A stretch of DNA of 63,999 nt, filler included, from Vicugna vicugna (GCA_013265495.1; 75 parts of 72 records of this genome joined end to end with filler, not necessarily neighbours in it), one strand, 5' to 3'; shown: positions 1 to 12,500, counted from the whole stretch's first letter. Program-made: numbers and translations. The notes: a model not told the origin generated them from the sequence alone.

Positions 1-907
1 GTGTTCCCTGCTCGGGGAAGTCCGAGATATAACTTCCCTGACCTTCTGGAGGCAGCCTCGGTCACTGGGATTTCCTGCAACTCCCCCTAGCATTCCCTGG
101 CACAGAGACATGAGGAAAACCCTCAGGGGAGACAAGCACTGGCATACCTTTAGAATCCAAGCGCTGCCGACCGTTGGTGGAACCTAACAACGCTCAGTAT
201 TCCGGAAACATTGTCAATGAGTGGGGGAGCTCGAGAGACAACTCCACGCAGCTCTCTTCAGTCACAGGTGTTCCCTGCTCGGGGAAGTCCGAGAAATACC
301 TTCCCTGACCTTGGGGAGGCAGCCTCTGACACTGGGATATCCTGCAAACACCCCTAGCATTCCCTGGCACAGAGACATGTGGAAAAACCTCAGGGGAGAC
401 GAGAACAGGCATTCCCATAGAACCCACGCGCTGCCGACTGTTTGTGGAACCTCCCCATGCTCAGGATTCCGGAAACATTGTCATTGAGTGGGGGAGCTCG
501 AGAGACAACTCCACGCAGCTCTCTTCAGTCACAGGTGTTCCCTGCTCGGGGAAGTCCGAGAAATACCTTCCCTGACTTTGGGGAGGCATCCTCTGTCACT
601 GGGANNNNNNNNNNNNNNNNNNNNNNNNNNNNNNNNNNNNNNNNNNNNNNNNNNNNNNNNNNNNNGAACCCACGCGCTGCCGACCGTTGGTGGAACCTCC
701 CCACGCTCAGGATTCCAGAAACATTGTCATTGTGTGGGGGAGCTCGAGAGACAACTCCACGCAGCTCTCTTCACTCACATGTGTTCCTTGCTCGGGGAAT
801 TCCGAGAAATACCTTCCCTGACTTAGGGGAGGCATCCTTTGTCACTGGGATTTCCTAAAACACCCCTAGCATTCCCTGGCACAGAGACATGTGGAAAAAC
901 CTCAGGG
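1..907 (+). repeat. SatA, GC/CpG-rich 267-bp tandem satellite
   Basis: GTGTTCCCTGCTCGGGGAAGTCCGAG starts at 1, 268 and 535, a period of exactly 267. Strand is arbitrary and defined by this contig. Confidence 0.95.
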
Positions 908-1007
908 NNNNNNNNNNNNNNNNNNNNNNNNNNNNNNNNNNNNNNNNNNNNTTAATTAATTAANNNNNNNNNNNNNNNNNNNNNNNNNNNNNNNNNNNNN
1001 NNNNNNN
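908..1007. other. Artificial 100-bp contig-joining spacer (N44-TTAATTAATTAA-N44); first of about 74 in the window
   Basis: TTAATTAATTAA at 952-963 with 44 N on each side. The same block recurs throughout (e.g. 1839, 2408, 3966, 63732). The motif is palindromic and gives stops in all six frames. Confidence 0.98.
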
Positions 1008-1794
1008 TCAAACTTGAATTTCTGAGTTGTGAACATGTGCCTGACTGAATTTCAAACACCCAAGCAGTTACCTATGCACTTTGATATATTTATTTTTACT
1101 TCGTAGTTTCTGCCTATCACCAGTATCAAGAATCACACTTTGATTCCAAAAAAACACTCTTGGAGCGAATTCTACCCTAGAGATATATAATTTGAATAAA
1201 TTCCATCTACATTATATTCCGTGTCCCTTACATGCTACATAAATGACGGATTTGACAACCATGCATTCCTGAGTTGAGAGCATGTGGATTACTAATCTTT
1301 CATCCTCTATAAAAGGAATATTTTCATCNNNNNNNNNNNNNNNNNNNNNNNNNNNNNNNNNNNNNNNNNNNNNNNNNNNNNNNNNNNNNNNNNNNNNNNN
1401 NNNNNNNNNNNNNNNNNNNNNNNNNNNNNNNNNNNNNNNNNNNNNNNNNNNNNNNNNNNNNNNNNNNNNNNNNNNNNNNNNNNNNNNNNNNNNNNNNNNN
1501 NNNNNNNNNNNNNNNNNNNNNNNNNNNNNNNNNNNNNNNNNNNNNNNNNNNNNNNNNNAATGCGTATATTAGACATATTTACTCTGTCTTCATAGGTTTT
1601 ACCTATGACCAGGTTTTAAAATCGGATATTTGGCACCAGAGAACACTCTTTGAGCGAAATCTCACCAATACACATGTAATTTACATTGTTTACATAACCA
1701 TGGCATTCCGTATTATGAACATATTTTATGCATCACGCATTTCTCAAAGATGCATTTCTGAGTTGTGAACATGCGCATGACTAATGTTTCAACC
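1008..1794 (+). repeat. SatB, AT-rich 740-bp satellite (3 x ~247 bp)
   Basis: Shares CATGCATTCCTGAGTTGAGAGCATGTGGATT and other blocks with 47060-48238. Confidence 0.92.
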
Positions 1795-1894
1795 NNNNNN
1801 NNNNNNNNNNNNNNNNNNNNNNNNNNNNNNNNNNNNNNTTAATTAATTAANNNNNNNNNNNNNNNNNNNNNNNNNNNNNNNNNNNNNNNNNNNN

Positions 1895-2363
1895 GCACAA
1901 GACATCTTTCCATTTCTTTGAATCATTTTTAATTTCTAAGTAAATGTTTTTCTAATTTTCAGTGTGTAGATCTTTCATATATATGGTTACATTTATTCCA
2001 AGGTATTCGGGGGAAAGGGGTTTTAAATAATATTGTTTTCAACGTCCATTTTAGGGTATCTCATGATTAATGTGTAGAAATGCAAGAGACTACTTTACAT
2101 TAATCTTGCACCCTGCTCCCTTGTTGAAATTATTTATTGTTCATATTAATCTGTGTGGAGCCCTTAGGACTCTATGTAGATTGTTATGTCATGCCTACAG
2201 TAATGGTGAGAATTTTGCCTCTTTCTTTCCATTTTGTGTTTCTTTTTCTTCTTTTCCTTTTCCTTTTCCTTTCTTCTTTTAGTACTGAACAGAAATGGTG
2301 AGAGTAGGAATCATTGTCTTCACGAATTTACCCAGAAGGATTTCACCATTTCCCCTGAGTATT
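1895..2363 (-). mobile_element. Old degraded LINE-1 ORF2 fragment
   Basis: T-rich antisense L1 motifs (ATCTTTCCATTTCTTTG, TTTATTCCAAGGTATT, TGTAGAAATGCAA, GAAATGGTGAGAGT); no intact frame. Confidence 0.7.
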
Positions 2364-2463
2364 NNNNNNNNNNNNNNNNNNNNNNNNNNNNNNNNNNNNN
2401 NNNNNNNTTAATTAATTAANNNNNNNNNNNNNNNNNNNNNNNNNNNNNNNNNNNNNNNNNNNN

Positions 2464-3921
2464 GTTTTCTTTTATTGTTAATTCGATTTTATTCCTAGTG
2501 ATGGGTTTGTTCAAGTGGTCGGTTTCTTCTTCATTCAGTCTTGGTGGACTGTATGTTTCCAGAAACTTGTCCATCTCCTCTAGGTTATTCATTTTTTTCC
2601 ATGTAGTTTTTCATGATATTGTCATATGATATTCTGTATTTCTATGGTATTNNNNNNNNNNNNNNNNNNNNNNNNNNNNNNNNNNNNNNNNNNNNNNNNN
2701 NNNNNNNNNNNNNNNNNNNNNNNNNNNNNNNNNNNNNNNNNNNNNNNNNNNNNNNNNNNNNNNNNNNNNNNNNNNNNNNNNNNNNNNNNNNNNNNNNNNN
2801 NNNNNNNNNNNNNNNNNNNNNNNNNNNNNNNNNNNNNNNNNNNNNNNNNNNNNNNNNNNNNNNNNNNNNNNNNNNNNNNNNNNNNNNNNNNNNNNNNNNN
2901 NNNNNNNNNNNNNNNNNNNNNNNNNNNNNNNNNNNNNNNNNNNNNNNNNNNNNNNNNNNNNNNNNNNNNNNNNNNNNNNNNNNNNNNNNNNNNNNNNNNN
3001 NNNNNNNNNNNNNNNNNNNNNNNNNNNNNNNNNNNNNNNNNNNNNNNNNNNNNNNNNNNNNNNNNNNNNNNNNNNNNNNNNNNNNTTTTTTAATAGCATG
3101 TTGTTTAATCTCTATGCTTTCCTTTATTTCTCCTTTGTTTCTCTGTAGTTAATTTCTGGTTTCAATGGCTTTGTGGTCAATAAAGATTCTTGAGATAAAT
3201 TCTATCTTCTTAAAATTGTTGAGGCTTCTTTTGTGACCAAGTGCATGACCAATTTTAGAAAATGTTCCACGTGCACTTGAAAATAATGTATATCCTACTT
3301 TGGGGGGTTGTAATGCTCTCAAAAATATATACTAAATCTAATTTTTCTCTTGTATCATTTAATTTCTCTGTTACCTTATTTATTTTCTGTCTGGAAGATC
3401 TGTCTAGTGATGTTAATGTGGTGTTAAAATTTCTGACAATGATTGTATTCNNNNNNNNNNNNNNNNNNNNNNNNNNNNNNNNNNNNNNNNNNNNNNNNNN
3501 NNNNNNNNNNNNNNNNNNNNNNNNNNNNNNNNNNNNNNNNNNNNNNNNNNNNNNNNNNNNNNNNNNNNNNNNNNNNNNNNNNNNNNNNNNNNNNNNNNNN
3601 NNNNNNNNNNNNNNNNNNNNNNNNNNNNNNNNNNNNNNNNNNNNNNNNNNNNNNNNNNNNNNNNNNNNNNNNNNNNNNNNNNNNNNNNNNNNNNNNNNNN
3701 NNNNNNNNNNNNNNNNNNNNNNNNNNNNNNNNNNNNNNNNNNNNNNNNNNNNNNNNNNNNNNNNNNNNNNNNNNNNNNNNNNNNNNNNNNNNNNNNNNNN
3801 NNNNNNNNNNNNNNNNNNNNNNNNNNNNNNNNNNNNNNNNNNNNNNNNNNNNNNNNNNNNNNNNTTGAACCAGCCCTGTGTCCCTGGGATGAACCCCACT
3901 TGGTCATGACGTATAATCTTT
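2464..3921 (-). mobile_element. LINE-1 ORF2 fragments (endonuclease, linker, RT start), gapped
   Basis: Minus strand encodes NTIIVRNFNTTLTSLDRSSRQKINK (EN), an [16 protein letters not shown] linker and HDQVGFIPGTQGWF (RT region). Confidence 0.9.
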
Positions 3922-4021
3922 NNNNNNNNNNNNNNNNNNNNNNNNNNNNNNNNNNNNNNNNNNNNTTAATTAATTAANNNNNNNNNNNNNNNNNNNNNNN
4001 NNNNNNNNNNNNNNNNNNNNN

Positions 4022-5705
4022 TGTAGCATGTACGGAACCCGGAATACCATGTTGTTGGAATTCATGAAAATTACATACACATTACGAGGAAATCGCTCCA
4101 GAACTATTTTTCTGTGAAAAAACCACGAATTCGAAACTGGTTTTAGGGAAAGATTGTGAAAATGTATACACGAGTCTATATGATAATATTCATTTTATAG
4201 AGGATGAAAGATTAGTAATCCACATGCACTCAACTCAGTAATGCATGTTTGTCAAATCCATCATNNNNNNNNNNNNNNNNNNNNNNNNNNNNNNNNNNNN
4301 NNNNNNNNNNNNNNNNNNNNNNNNNNNNNNNNNNNNNNNNNNNNNNNNNNNNNNNNNNNNNNNNNNNNNNNNNNNNNNNNNNNNNNNNNNNNNNNNNNNN
4401 NNNNNNNNNNNNNGATAGGAAGACGAAGTCTAAGTTATTATTTTAGAGTGCTTATATAACATGTTTGCTTTTTGAAACATCAGTCATGCGCATGTTCNNN
4501 NNNNNNNNNNNNNNNNNNNNNNNNNNNNNNNNNNNNNNNNNTTAATTAATTAANNNNNNNNNNNNNNNNNNNNNNNNNNNNNNNNNNNNNNNNNNNNGAA
4601 GTCCAAGTAAATATTTCAAAGTGCATAGGTAACTTGTTTGTAGTTTGAAACATCTGTCATGCGCATGTTCACAACTGAGAAGTGCATGTTTGAGGAATCC
4701 GTGTTGCATGAAACATGTTCGGAATACGGAATGCCTTGGTTATGTAAATAATGTAAATTACATGTGTAATGGTGAGAATACGCACAAAGAGATTTTTCTG
4801 GTGCCAAATGTCCGATTTTAGAACCTGGTGATACAAAAAAACTATGAAGTCAGATTAAATATTTTAAAGTGTAATATGCTTTGTTTGGTGGATGAAAGGT
4901 CAGTAATCCACATGCTGAGAACTCCGAAACCCATGTTTGCCGAATCCGTCTTGCATGTAGCATGTACGGAACCCGAATGCCATGTTGATGGAATTCATTT
5001 AAATTAAATATTTATTCGGTGAAAAAAGCTCCAGAAGATTTTTCTGTGAAAAAGTCACGAATTCGAAACTGGTGTTAGGGAAAGAATGTGTTAATGTGTG
5101 CACGTGTCTAGATGAAAATATTTCTTTTATAGTGGATGAAACATCAGTAATCCACATGCTCTCAACTCAGGAATGCATGTTTATCGAATCCGTCATGCAT
5201 GTAGCATTTACGGAACACGGAATATCATATTGAAGGAATCTAATAAAATTACATATCTCTAGGGTAGAAATACAAAGAGGGTTAGGATCAAAGTTTGATT
5301 CTTGAAACTGGTGAAAGGAAGAAGCAACGAAGTCTAAGTAAATATTTCAAAGTGCATAGGTAACTTCTTATGGTTGAAACATCTGTCATGCGATGCGCNN
5401 NNNNNNNNNNNNNNNNNNNNNNNNNNNNNNNNNNNNNNNNNNTTAATTAATTAANNNNNNNNNNNNNNNNNNNNNNNNNNNNNNNNNNNNNNNNNNNNCA
5501 CTCTAAGATTTCTGGGATATAAGTGTGATTCTTGAACCTAGTGAAAGGTAGAAGCAACAAAGACAAAGTAATTATTTCAAATTGCATAGGTAACTTGTTA
5601 TGGTTGAAACATCAGTCAAGTCATAAGTGTGATTCTTGAACCTAGTGAAAGGTAGAAGCAACAAAGACAAAGTAATTATTTCAAATTGCATAGGTAACTT
5701 GTTAT
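4022..5705 (-). repeat. SatB, three separate contigs (4022-4497, 4598-5398, 5499-5705)
   Basis: Reverse-orientation SatB motifs, e.g. GTAATCCACATGCTCTCAACTCAGGAATGCATG and GAATTCGAAACTGG. Confidence 0.92.
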
Positions 5706-5864
5706 NNNNNNNNNNNNNNNNNNNNNNNNNNNNNNNNNNNNNNNNNNNNTTAATTAATTAANNNNNNNNNNNNNNNNNNNNNNNNNNNNNNNNNNNNNNN
5801 NNNNNTGCGATCAGTGTGCTGGGATGGCTGCAGCAGCAGCAGGAAATTGTCGCAAACCCCGCGA

Positions 5865-6320
5865 TCTCACAGGGCAGCCCCAATCCCGCCATCGCAGCCG
5901 CCGCCAATCCCTGACAGCACAGCACCCGCCTTCCAGGAGCCGGCTGACCTGTAACATGAGTTCCACGAACCTGGGGCAGCAGAGGCCAAGCTCAGGCCAT
6001 GCGTTGGGGAGTTTGAAGCAAATCCAGGGGCTCCCATGGGCAGACCCCATAACCCGCCACTGCCTTCGACCACACCGCTCCCTCCTCCCAGAAGCAGGCC
6101 GACCTGCGGACCGTGCCTGGAGCAGTAGAGGCCGAGCCCTGGACAGGCCGTGGGGGAGATGGGGGCAAGTCGACCAGCTTGCCAGGTCGCTGCCCATCTC
6201 CCTGCCGCTGCCCCAGGTTCGTGGATCACTTGTTTTCAAGTCAGTGGGTTCCTGAGAGGCAGGTGCGGTGCAGTCAGGTGGCGGGGGCTGCGGGGAGGGG
6301 TGCTGCCCCGAAGATGGGAG
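5865..6320. repeat. GC-rich diverged inverted repeat, arms ~5865-5980 and ~6207-6320
   Basis: CCACGAACCTGGGGCAGC at 5963-5980 is the exact reverse complement of 6207-6224. The flanking ~100 bp also align with mismatches. Confidence 0.8.
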
Positions 6321-6475
6321 CAAGTCCACCTGCTCCCATCTCCCCCAGGGCCAGACCTGGGGACGGCATCCGCTGNNNNNNNNNNNNNNNNNNNNNNNNN
6401 NNNNNNNNNNNNNNNNNNNTTAATTAATTAANNNNNNNNNNNNNNNNNNNNNNNNNNNNNNNNNNNNNNNNNNNN

Positions 6476-7428
6476 TTCGTAGCTTCTTCCTATCACCAGT
6501 TCAAGAATCAAACTTTGATCACAGAAAAATCCTCTTGGGCAGAATTCTACCCTAGAGCTATGTAATTTGAATAGATTCAATCTACGTGATATTCCGTGTT
6601 TCTTACATGATACATACATGACAGATTTGACAAAAATGCATTCCTGAGTTGTGAGCATGTGGATTACTAATCTTTCATCCTGTATAAAAGGAATATTTTC
6701 ATCTTGACATGTGTACACATTTTCACTAGCTCTCCCTAACACCAGTTTCGAATTCGTGCTTTTTTCACAGAAAAATTGTTGTGGAGCGATTTCACCTAAA
6801 AGATACATAATTTACATGAATTCCAACAACATGGCATTCGGGTTCCGTACATGCTACATGCATGACGGATTCGGCAATCATGCGTTTCTGACTTGTGTGC
6901 ATGTGGATTACTGACCTTTCATCCAACAAACAAGGCGTATATACACTAAGAAATATTTACTCTGACTTCATAGATTTTTCTATCACCAGGTTCTAAAATC
7001 GGACATTTGGCACCAAAAAACACTCTTTGAGCGAATTCTCACAAATACACATATAATTTACATTGTTTACATAACCATGGCATTCGGTATTACGAACATG
7101 ATTCATGCATCACGGATTCTTCAAACTTGAATTTCTGAGTTGTGCACATGTGCCTGACTGAAATTTCAAACACCCAACATGTTACCTATGCACTTTGATA
7201 TATTTATTTTGACTTCGTAATTTCTGCCTATAACCAGTTTAAAGAATCACACTTTGATCCCCAAAAAACCCTCTTGGAGCAAATTTTAACCTAGAGATAT
7301 GTAATTTGAATAGATTCCATCTACATGATATTCCATTTTCGTTACATTTTCGTTCTACATAAATGACTGACTTGAGAAACATGCATTCCTGAGTTGAGGG
7401 CATGTGGATTACTAACCTTTTCCTCTAT
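6476..7428 (+). repeat. SatB
   Basis: More than one full unit; the CCAGTT..AAGAATCA.ACTTTGATC block recurs at about 740 bp. Confidence 0.93.
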
Positions 7429-7528
7429 NNNNNNNNNNNNNNNNNNNNNNNNNNNNNNNNNNNNNNNNNNNNTTAATTAATTAANNNNNNNNNNNNNNNN
7501 NNNNNNNNNNNNNNNNNNNNNNNNNNNN

Positions 7529-8288
7529 CTAACCTACCACCTAAAACAATAACAAAAAGAAGAACAAATAAAATCTAAAGCTAGTAAAAGGAAAGAAATA
7601 ATAAAGGTCAGAGAGGAAATAAATAAAATAGAAAATAAAAAAATCAATCAAATCAAGAGCTGGTTTTTTTTAAAGACTAAACAAAATAAAAAACCTCTGG
7701 CCATGTTCACCAAGAAGAAAAGAGAAAGAGAAATCAAAAAACAAATTAAGAAATGAAAGGGGAAAATCCTCAACAAAATATTAGCAAACAGAATCCAAAA
7801 ACACATAAAAAAATTATACAACATTATCAAGTTGGGTTCATCTCAGGGACACAAGGATGGTTCAACATATGCAAATGAATCAANNNNNNNNNNNNNNNNN
7901 NNNNNNNNNNNNNNNNNNNNNNNNNNNNNNNNNNNNNNNNNNNNNNNNNNNNNNNNNNNNNNNNNNNNNNNNNNNNNNNNNNNNNNNNNNNNNNNNNNNN
8001 NNNNNNNNNNNNNNNNNNNNNNNNNNNNNNNNNNNNNNNNNNNNNNNNNNNNNNNNNNNNNNNNNNNNNNNNNNNNNNNNNNNNNNNNNNNNNNNNNNNN
8101 NNNNNNNNNNNNNNNNNNNNNNNNNNNNNNNNNNNNNNNNNNNNATAGTACTAGAAGTCCTAGCCATAGCAATTAGACAAGAAAAAGAAATAAAAGTGAT
8201 CAAAATTAGAAGAGAAGAGGTAAAACTGTCATTACATGCAGAAGACATGATACTATATATATATAAAACCCTAAAGGCTCCACACAGA
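7529..8288 (+). mobile_element. Degraded LINE-1 ORF2 with internal deletion
   Basis: KEIIKVREEINKIE...KSWFF joins directly to KILNKILANRIQKHIKKII..QVGFISGTQGWFN. After the gap, [17 protein letters not shown]...[12 protein letters not shown] shows a mutated FADD motif. Confidence 0.92.
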
Positions 8289-8388
8289 NNNNNNNNNNNN
8301 NNNNNNNNNNNNNNNNNNNNNNNNNNNNNNNNTTAATTAATTAANNNNNNNNNNNNNNNNNNNNNNNNNNNNNNNNNNNNNNNNNNNN

Positions 8389-9429
8389 GATATCCCAGTG
8401 ACAGAGGCTGCCTCCCCAAGTTAAGGGAAGATAATTCTCGGACTTCCCCGAACACGGAACCCCTGTGAACGAAGTGAGCTGCGTGGAGTTGTCTCTCGAG
8501 CTCCCCCACGCACTGACAATGGTTCCGGAATCCCGAGCGTGGGGAGCTTCCACCAACGGTCGGCAGCGCGTGGGTTCTAACGGAATGCATAAGCTCGTCT
8601 CCCCTGAGGGTTTTCCTTATGTCTCTGTGCAAGGGAATGCTAGGGGTGATTGCAGAATTTCCCAGTGACAGAGGCTACCTCCCCAAGATCAGAGAAGATA
8701 TTTCTCAGACTTCCCCGAACAGGGAACACCTGTGACTGAAGAGAGCTGCGTGGAGTTGTCTCTCGTGCTCCCCCTCGCACTGACAATGTTTCCGGAAACC
8801 TGATCTTTGCGAGGTTCCACCAGCGGTCGGCAGCACGTGGGTTCTAACGGAATGCATAAGCTCGTCTCCCGTGATGGTTTTCCTAATGTCTCTGTGCCAG
8901 GGAATTCCAGGGTGGTTTGCAGGATAACACAGTGACAGATGCTGCCTCCCCAAAGTCAGGGAAGTTTATTCCTCGGACTTCCCCGAACAGGGAACAACTG
9001 TGAATGAAGAGAGCTGAGTGGAGTTGTCTCTCGAGCTCCCCCACGCACTGACAATGGTTCCGGAATCCTGAGCGTGGGGAGGTTCCACCAACGGTCGGCA
9101 GCGCGTGGGTTCTAACGGAANNNNNNNNNNNNNNNNNNNNNNNNNNNNNNNNNNNNNNNNNNNNNNNNNNNNNNNNNNNNNNNNNNNNNNNNNNNNNNNN
9201 NNNNNNNNNNNNNNNNNNNNNNNNNNNNNNNNGCTGGTCTCCAGGTGTTCCTTATTTCTCGGTGCAAGGGAATGCTAGGTGTTATTGCAGAATATCCCAG
9301 TAACTGAGGCTGCCTCACCAAGGTCAGGGAATGTATTTCCCGGACTTACCCGAACAGGGAACACCTGTGATTTATAGAGTTGCCTTTAGTTTTATCTCGA
9401 GATCCCCTACGCACTGACAATGGTTCCGG
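8389..9429 (-). repeat. SatA
   Basis: Reverse-orientation 267-bp monomers. Confidence 0.95.
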
Positions 9430-9529
9430 NNNNNNNNNNNNNNNNNNNNNNNNNNNNNNNNNNNNNNNNNNNNTTAATTAATTAANNNNNNNNNNNNNNN
9501 NNNNNNNNNNNNNNNNNNNNNNNNNNNNN

Positions 9530-10459
9530 CTGACAGCAGCGCCTGGGTTCTAATTGAATCCCTTTGCTTTTCTTACCTGATGGAAAGGATAGGCGGGAGT
9601 GCGGGGGAAAGTGTGGTTTGGGCTCCGAAACCAAGTATTTGCGATGACCTCTCTATGGATTGTGAAGGTGTTTAAACTACAACCCTAACCTGGGAACACA
9701 TGTGCCCCCATAAAAATCCGTGGAGTGTGTTTCCACACCTCCAGCACACACACGAACACTTGCACAGTTTTCCTGAGAGTGGGCAGCCTCCTCCAACTGA
9801 GAGCAGGGCCTTGGTTCTTATAAAATCGCTTNNNNNNNNNNNNNNNNNNNNNNNNNNNNNNNNNNNNNNNNNNNNNNNNNNNNNNNNNNNNNNNNNNNNN
9901 NNNNNNNNNNNNNNNNNNNNNNNNNNNNNNNNNNNNNNNNNNNNNNNNNNNNNNNNNNNNNNNNNNNNNNNNNNNNNNNNNNNNNNNNNNNNNNNNNNNN
10001 NNNNNNNNNNNNNNNNNNNNNNNNNNNNNNNNNNNNNNNNNNNNNNNNNNNNNNNNNNNNNNNNNNNNNNNNNNNNNNNNNNNNNNNNNNNNNNNNNNNN
10101 NNNNNNNNNNNNNNNNNNNNNNNNNNNNNNNNNNNNNNNNNNNNNNNNNNNNNNNNNNNNNGAGGCCAAATAGTAGCGAGTGTCCCCGATGGACTGAGGA
10201 AGTATTTAGATGAATTCTCCATAAAGGGAAACACCTGAGCACCCATTCATCTGCGTGGAGTGGGGCTTCAAATCTCCCCACCACACAAGGTTGGGTTCTA
10301 GTATCCTGAGGTTGGGGTAGCTCCTCCAACTGACATCAGCGTCTAGGGTTTAATAGAATCCCTTTGCTTGTCGTCCCTGATGGTTTGCCTAGGCCAGTGC
10401 GTGGTTGAATGTGTGATTTGGGATCTAAAACTAAGTATTTGCGTGTGCCTCTCCATGGG
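9530..10459 (-). repeat. SatD, diverged SatA-related satellite
   Basis: CCTGAG..TGGG...CTCCTCCAACTGA.AGCAG...GGGTT.TAATAGAATCCCTT blocks are shared with 20142-20673. Confidence 0.85.
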
Positions 10460-10559
10460 NNNNNNNNNNNNNNNNNNNNNNNNNNNNNNNNNNNNNNNNN
10501 NNNTTAATTAATTAANNNNNNNNNNNNNNNNNNNNNNNNNNNNNNNNNNNNNNNNNNNN

Positions 10560-12400
10560 TATTCTATATTCTAAATTCTGTGTTGTGTATTCCATGTTCT
10601 AAATATTGTGTTCTATAATCTGTATTCTCTATTCTGCATTCCGTATTCTATATTATATATTCTGTGTTCTACATTCTATATTCTAAATTCTATATTCAAT
10701 ATTCTGTTTTCTATATTCTAAATTCTGTGTTCTACATTGTATATTCATATTCTATATTCAGTATTCGGTTCGGNNNNNNNNNNNNNNNNNNNNNNNNNNN
10801 NNNNNNNNNNNNNNNNNNNNNNNNNNNNNNNNNNNNNNNNNNNNNNNNNNNNNNNNNNNNNNNNNNNNNNNNNNNNNNNNNNNNNNNNNNNNNNNNNNNN
10901 NNNNNNNNNNNNNNNNNNNNNNNNNNNNNNNNNNNNNNNNNNNNNNNNNNNNNNNNNNNNNNNNNNNNNNNNNNNNNNNNNNNNNNNNNNNNNNNNNNNN
11001 NNNNNNNNNNNNNNNNNNNNNNNNNNNNNNNNNNNNNNNNNNNNNNNNNNNNNNNNNNNNNNNNNNNNNNNNNNNNNNNNNNNNNNNNNNNNNNNNNNNN
11101 NNNNNNNNNNNNNNNNNNNNNNNNNNNNNNNNNNNNNNNNNNNNTGTATTCTATATTCTAAATTCTGTGTTCTACAGTCTAAATTCTAAATTCTATATTC
11201 AGTAATCTGTATTCTATATTGTAAATACTGTGTTCTGCAATCCATGTTCTAAATTTTTGGTTTTGTATTCTTTTTTCCATATTCTATATTTTGTGCTCTA
11301 CATTCTGTATTCTGTATTCTATATTCTAAATTACGTATCCTATATTCTAAATTCTTTGCTCAGCATTCTTTATACTTAATTCTATATTCATTATTCTGCA
11401 TACTATATTCTAAATTCTGTGTTCTGCATTCTATATTCTGTATTGTACATTCTGCATGCCATATTCTATATTCTGTGTTCTACATTCTATATTCTAAATT
11501 CTATATTCAGTATTTTGTATTCTATATTCTAAATTCTGTGTTCTGCATTCCATGTTCTAAANNNNNNNNNNNNNNNNNNNNNNNNNNNNNNNNNNNNNNN
11601 NNNNNNNNNNNNNNNNNNNNNNNNNNNNNNNNNNNNNNNNNNNNNNNNTAAATTCTGTGTTCAACATTCTATATTTGAAATTCTATATTCAGTAGACTGT
11701 TTTCTATATTCTAAATTCTGTGTTTTCATTCCATGTTCTCAATTCTGGGTCTTGTATTCTATTTTCATATTATATATTTTGTGTTNNNNNNNNNNNNNNN
11801 NNNNNNNNNNNNNNNNNNNNNNNNNNNNNTTAATTAATTAANNNNNNNNNNNNNNNNNNNNNNNNNNNNNNNNNNNNNNNNNNNNCTATATTCAGTATTC
11901 TGTATTCTAAATTCTGTGTTCTGCATTTTATTACTAAATTCTATGTTCTATATTCCCTTTATATATATTCTCTAATTTGTGTTCTACATTCTATATTCTA
12001 AATTCTATATTCAGAATTCTGTATTCAATATTCTAAATTCTCTGTTCAGCATTTCATTTCTTAATTCAGGGTTCTATATTCTCTTTTATATATTCTATGT
12101 ATTGTGTTCTTAATTCTATATTCCAAATTCTTTATTATGCATTCCGTATTCCACAATCTATATTCGTTGTTCTACATTGTATATTCTAAATTTTATATTC
12201 AGTATTCTGTATTCTATATTCTAAATTCTGTGTTCTGCATTCCATGTTCTAATTTCTGGGTTCAATATTCTCTATTCTATATCCTATATTGGCTGTAATT
12301 CATTCTATATTCTACATAATATATTCTTCATTCTGTGTTAGTTCTATATTCTATATTGTGTGTTCTACATTGTACATTCTAAATTCTATATTCAGTATTC
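10560..12400 (+). repeat. SatC, TTCnnnn heptamer satellite (contigs 10560-11785 and 11886-12400)
   Basis: Tiled 7-mers TTCTATA, TTCTAAA, TTCTGTG, TTCTGCA, TTCCATG, TTCAGTA. Confidence 0.95.
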
Positions 12401-12500
12401 NNNNNNNNNNNNNNNNNNNNNNNNNNNNNNNNNNNNNNNNNNNNTTAATTAATTAANNNNNNNNNNNNNNNNNNNNNNNNNNNNNNNNNNNNNNNNNNNN

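Noticed and set aside
952..963. Regularly recurring TTAATTAATTAA as a CRISPR-like repeat or regulatory motif
   Set aside because: It is always embedded in 44+44 N, so it is a synthetic joiner. The intervening sequences are independent contigs.
5824..6255. 143-aa plus-strand ORF and overlapping 172-aa minus-strand ORF
   Set aside because: GC-rich sequence is open in several frames and I recognise no protein; the inverted repeat explains the region better.
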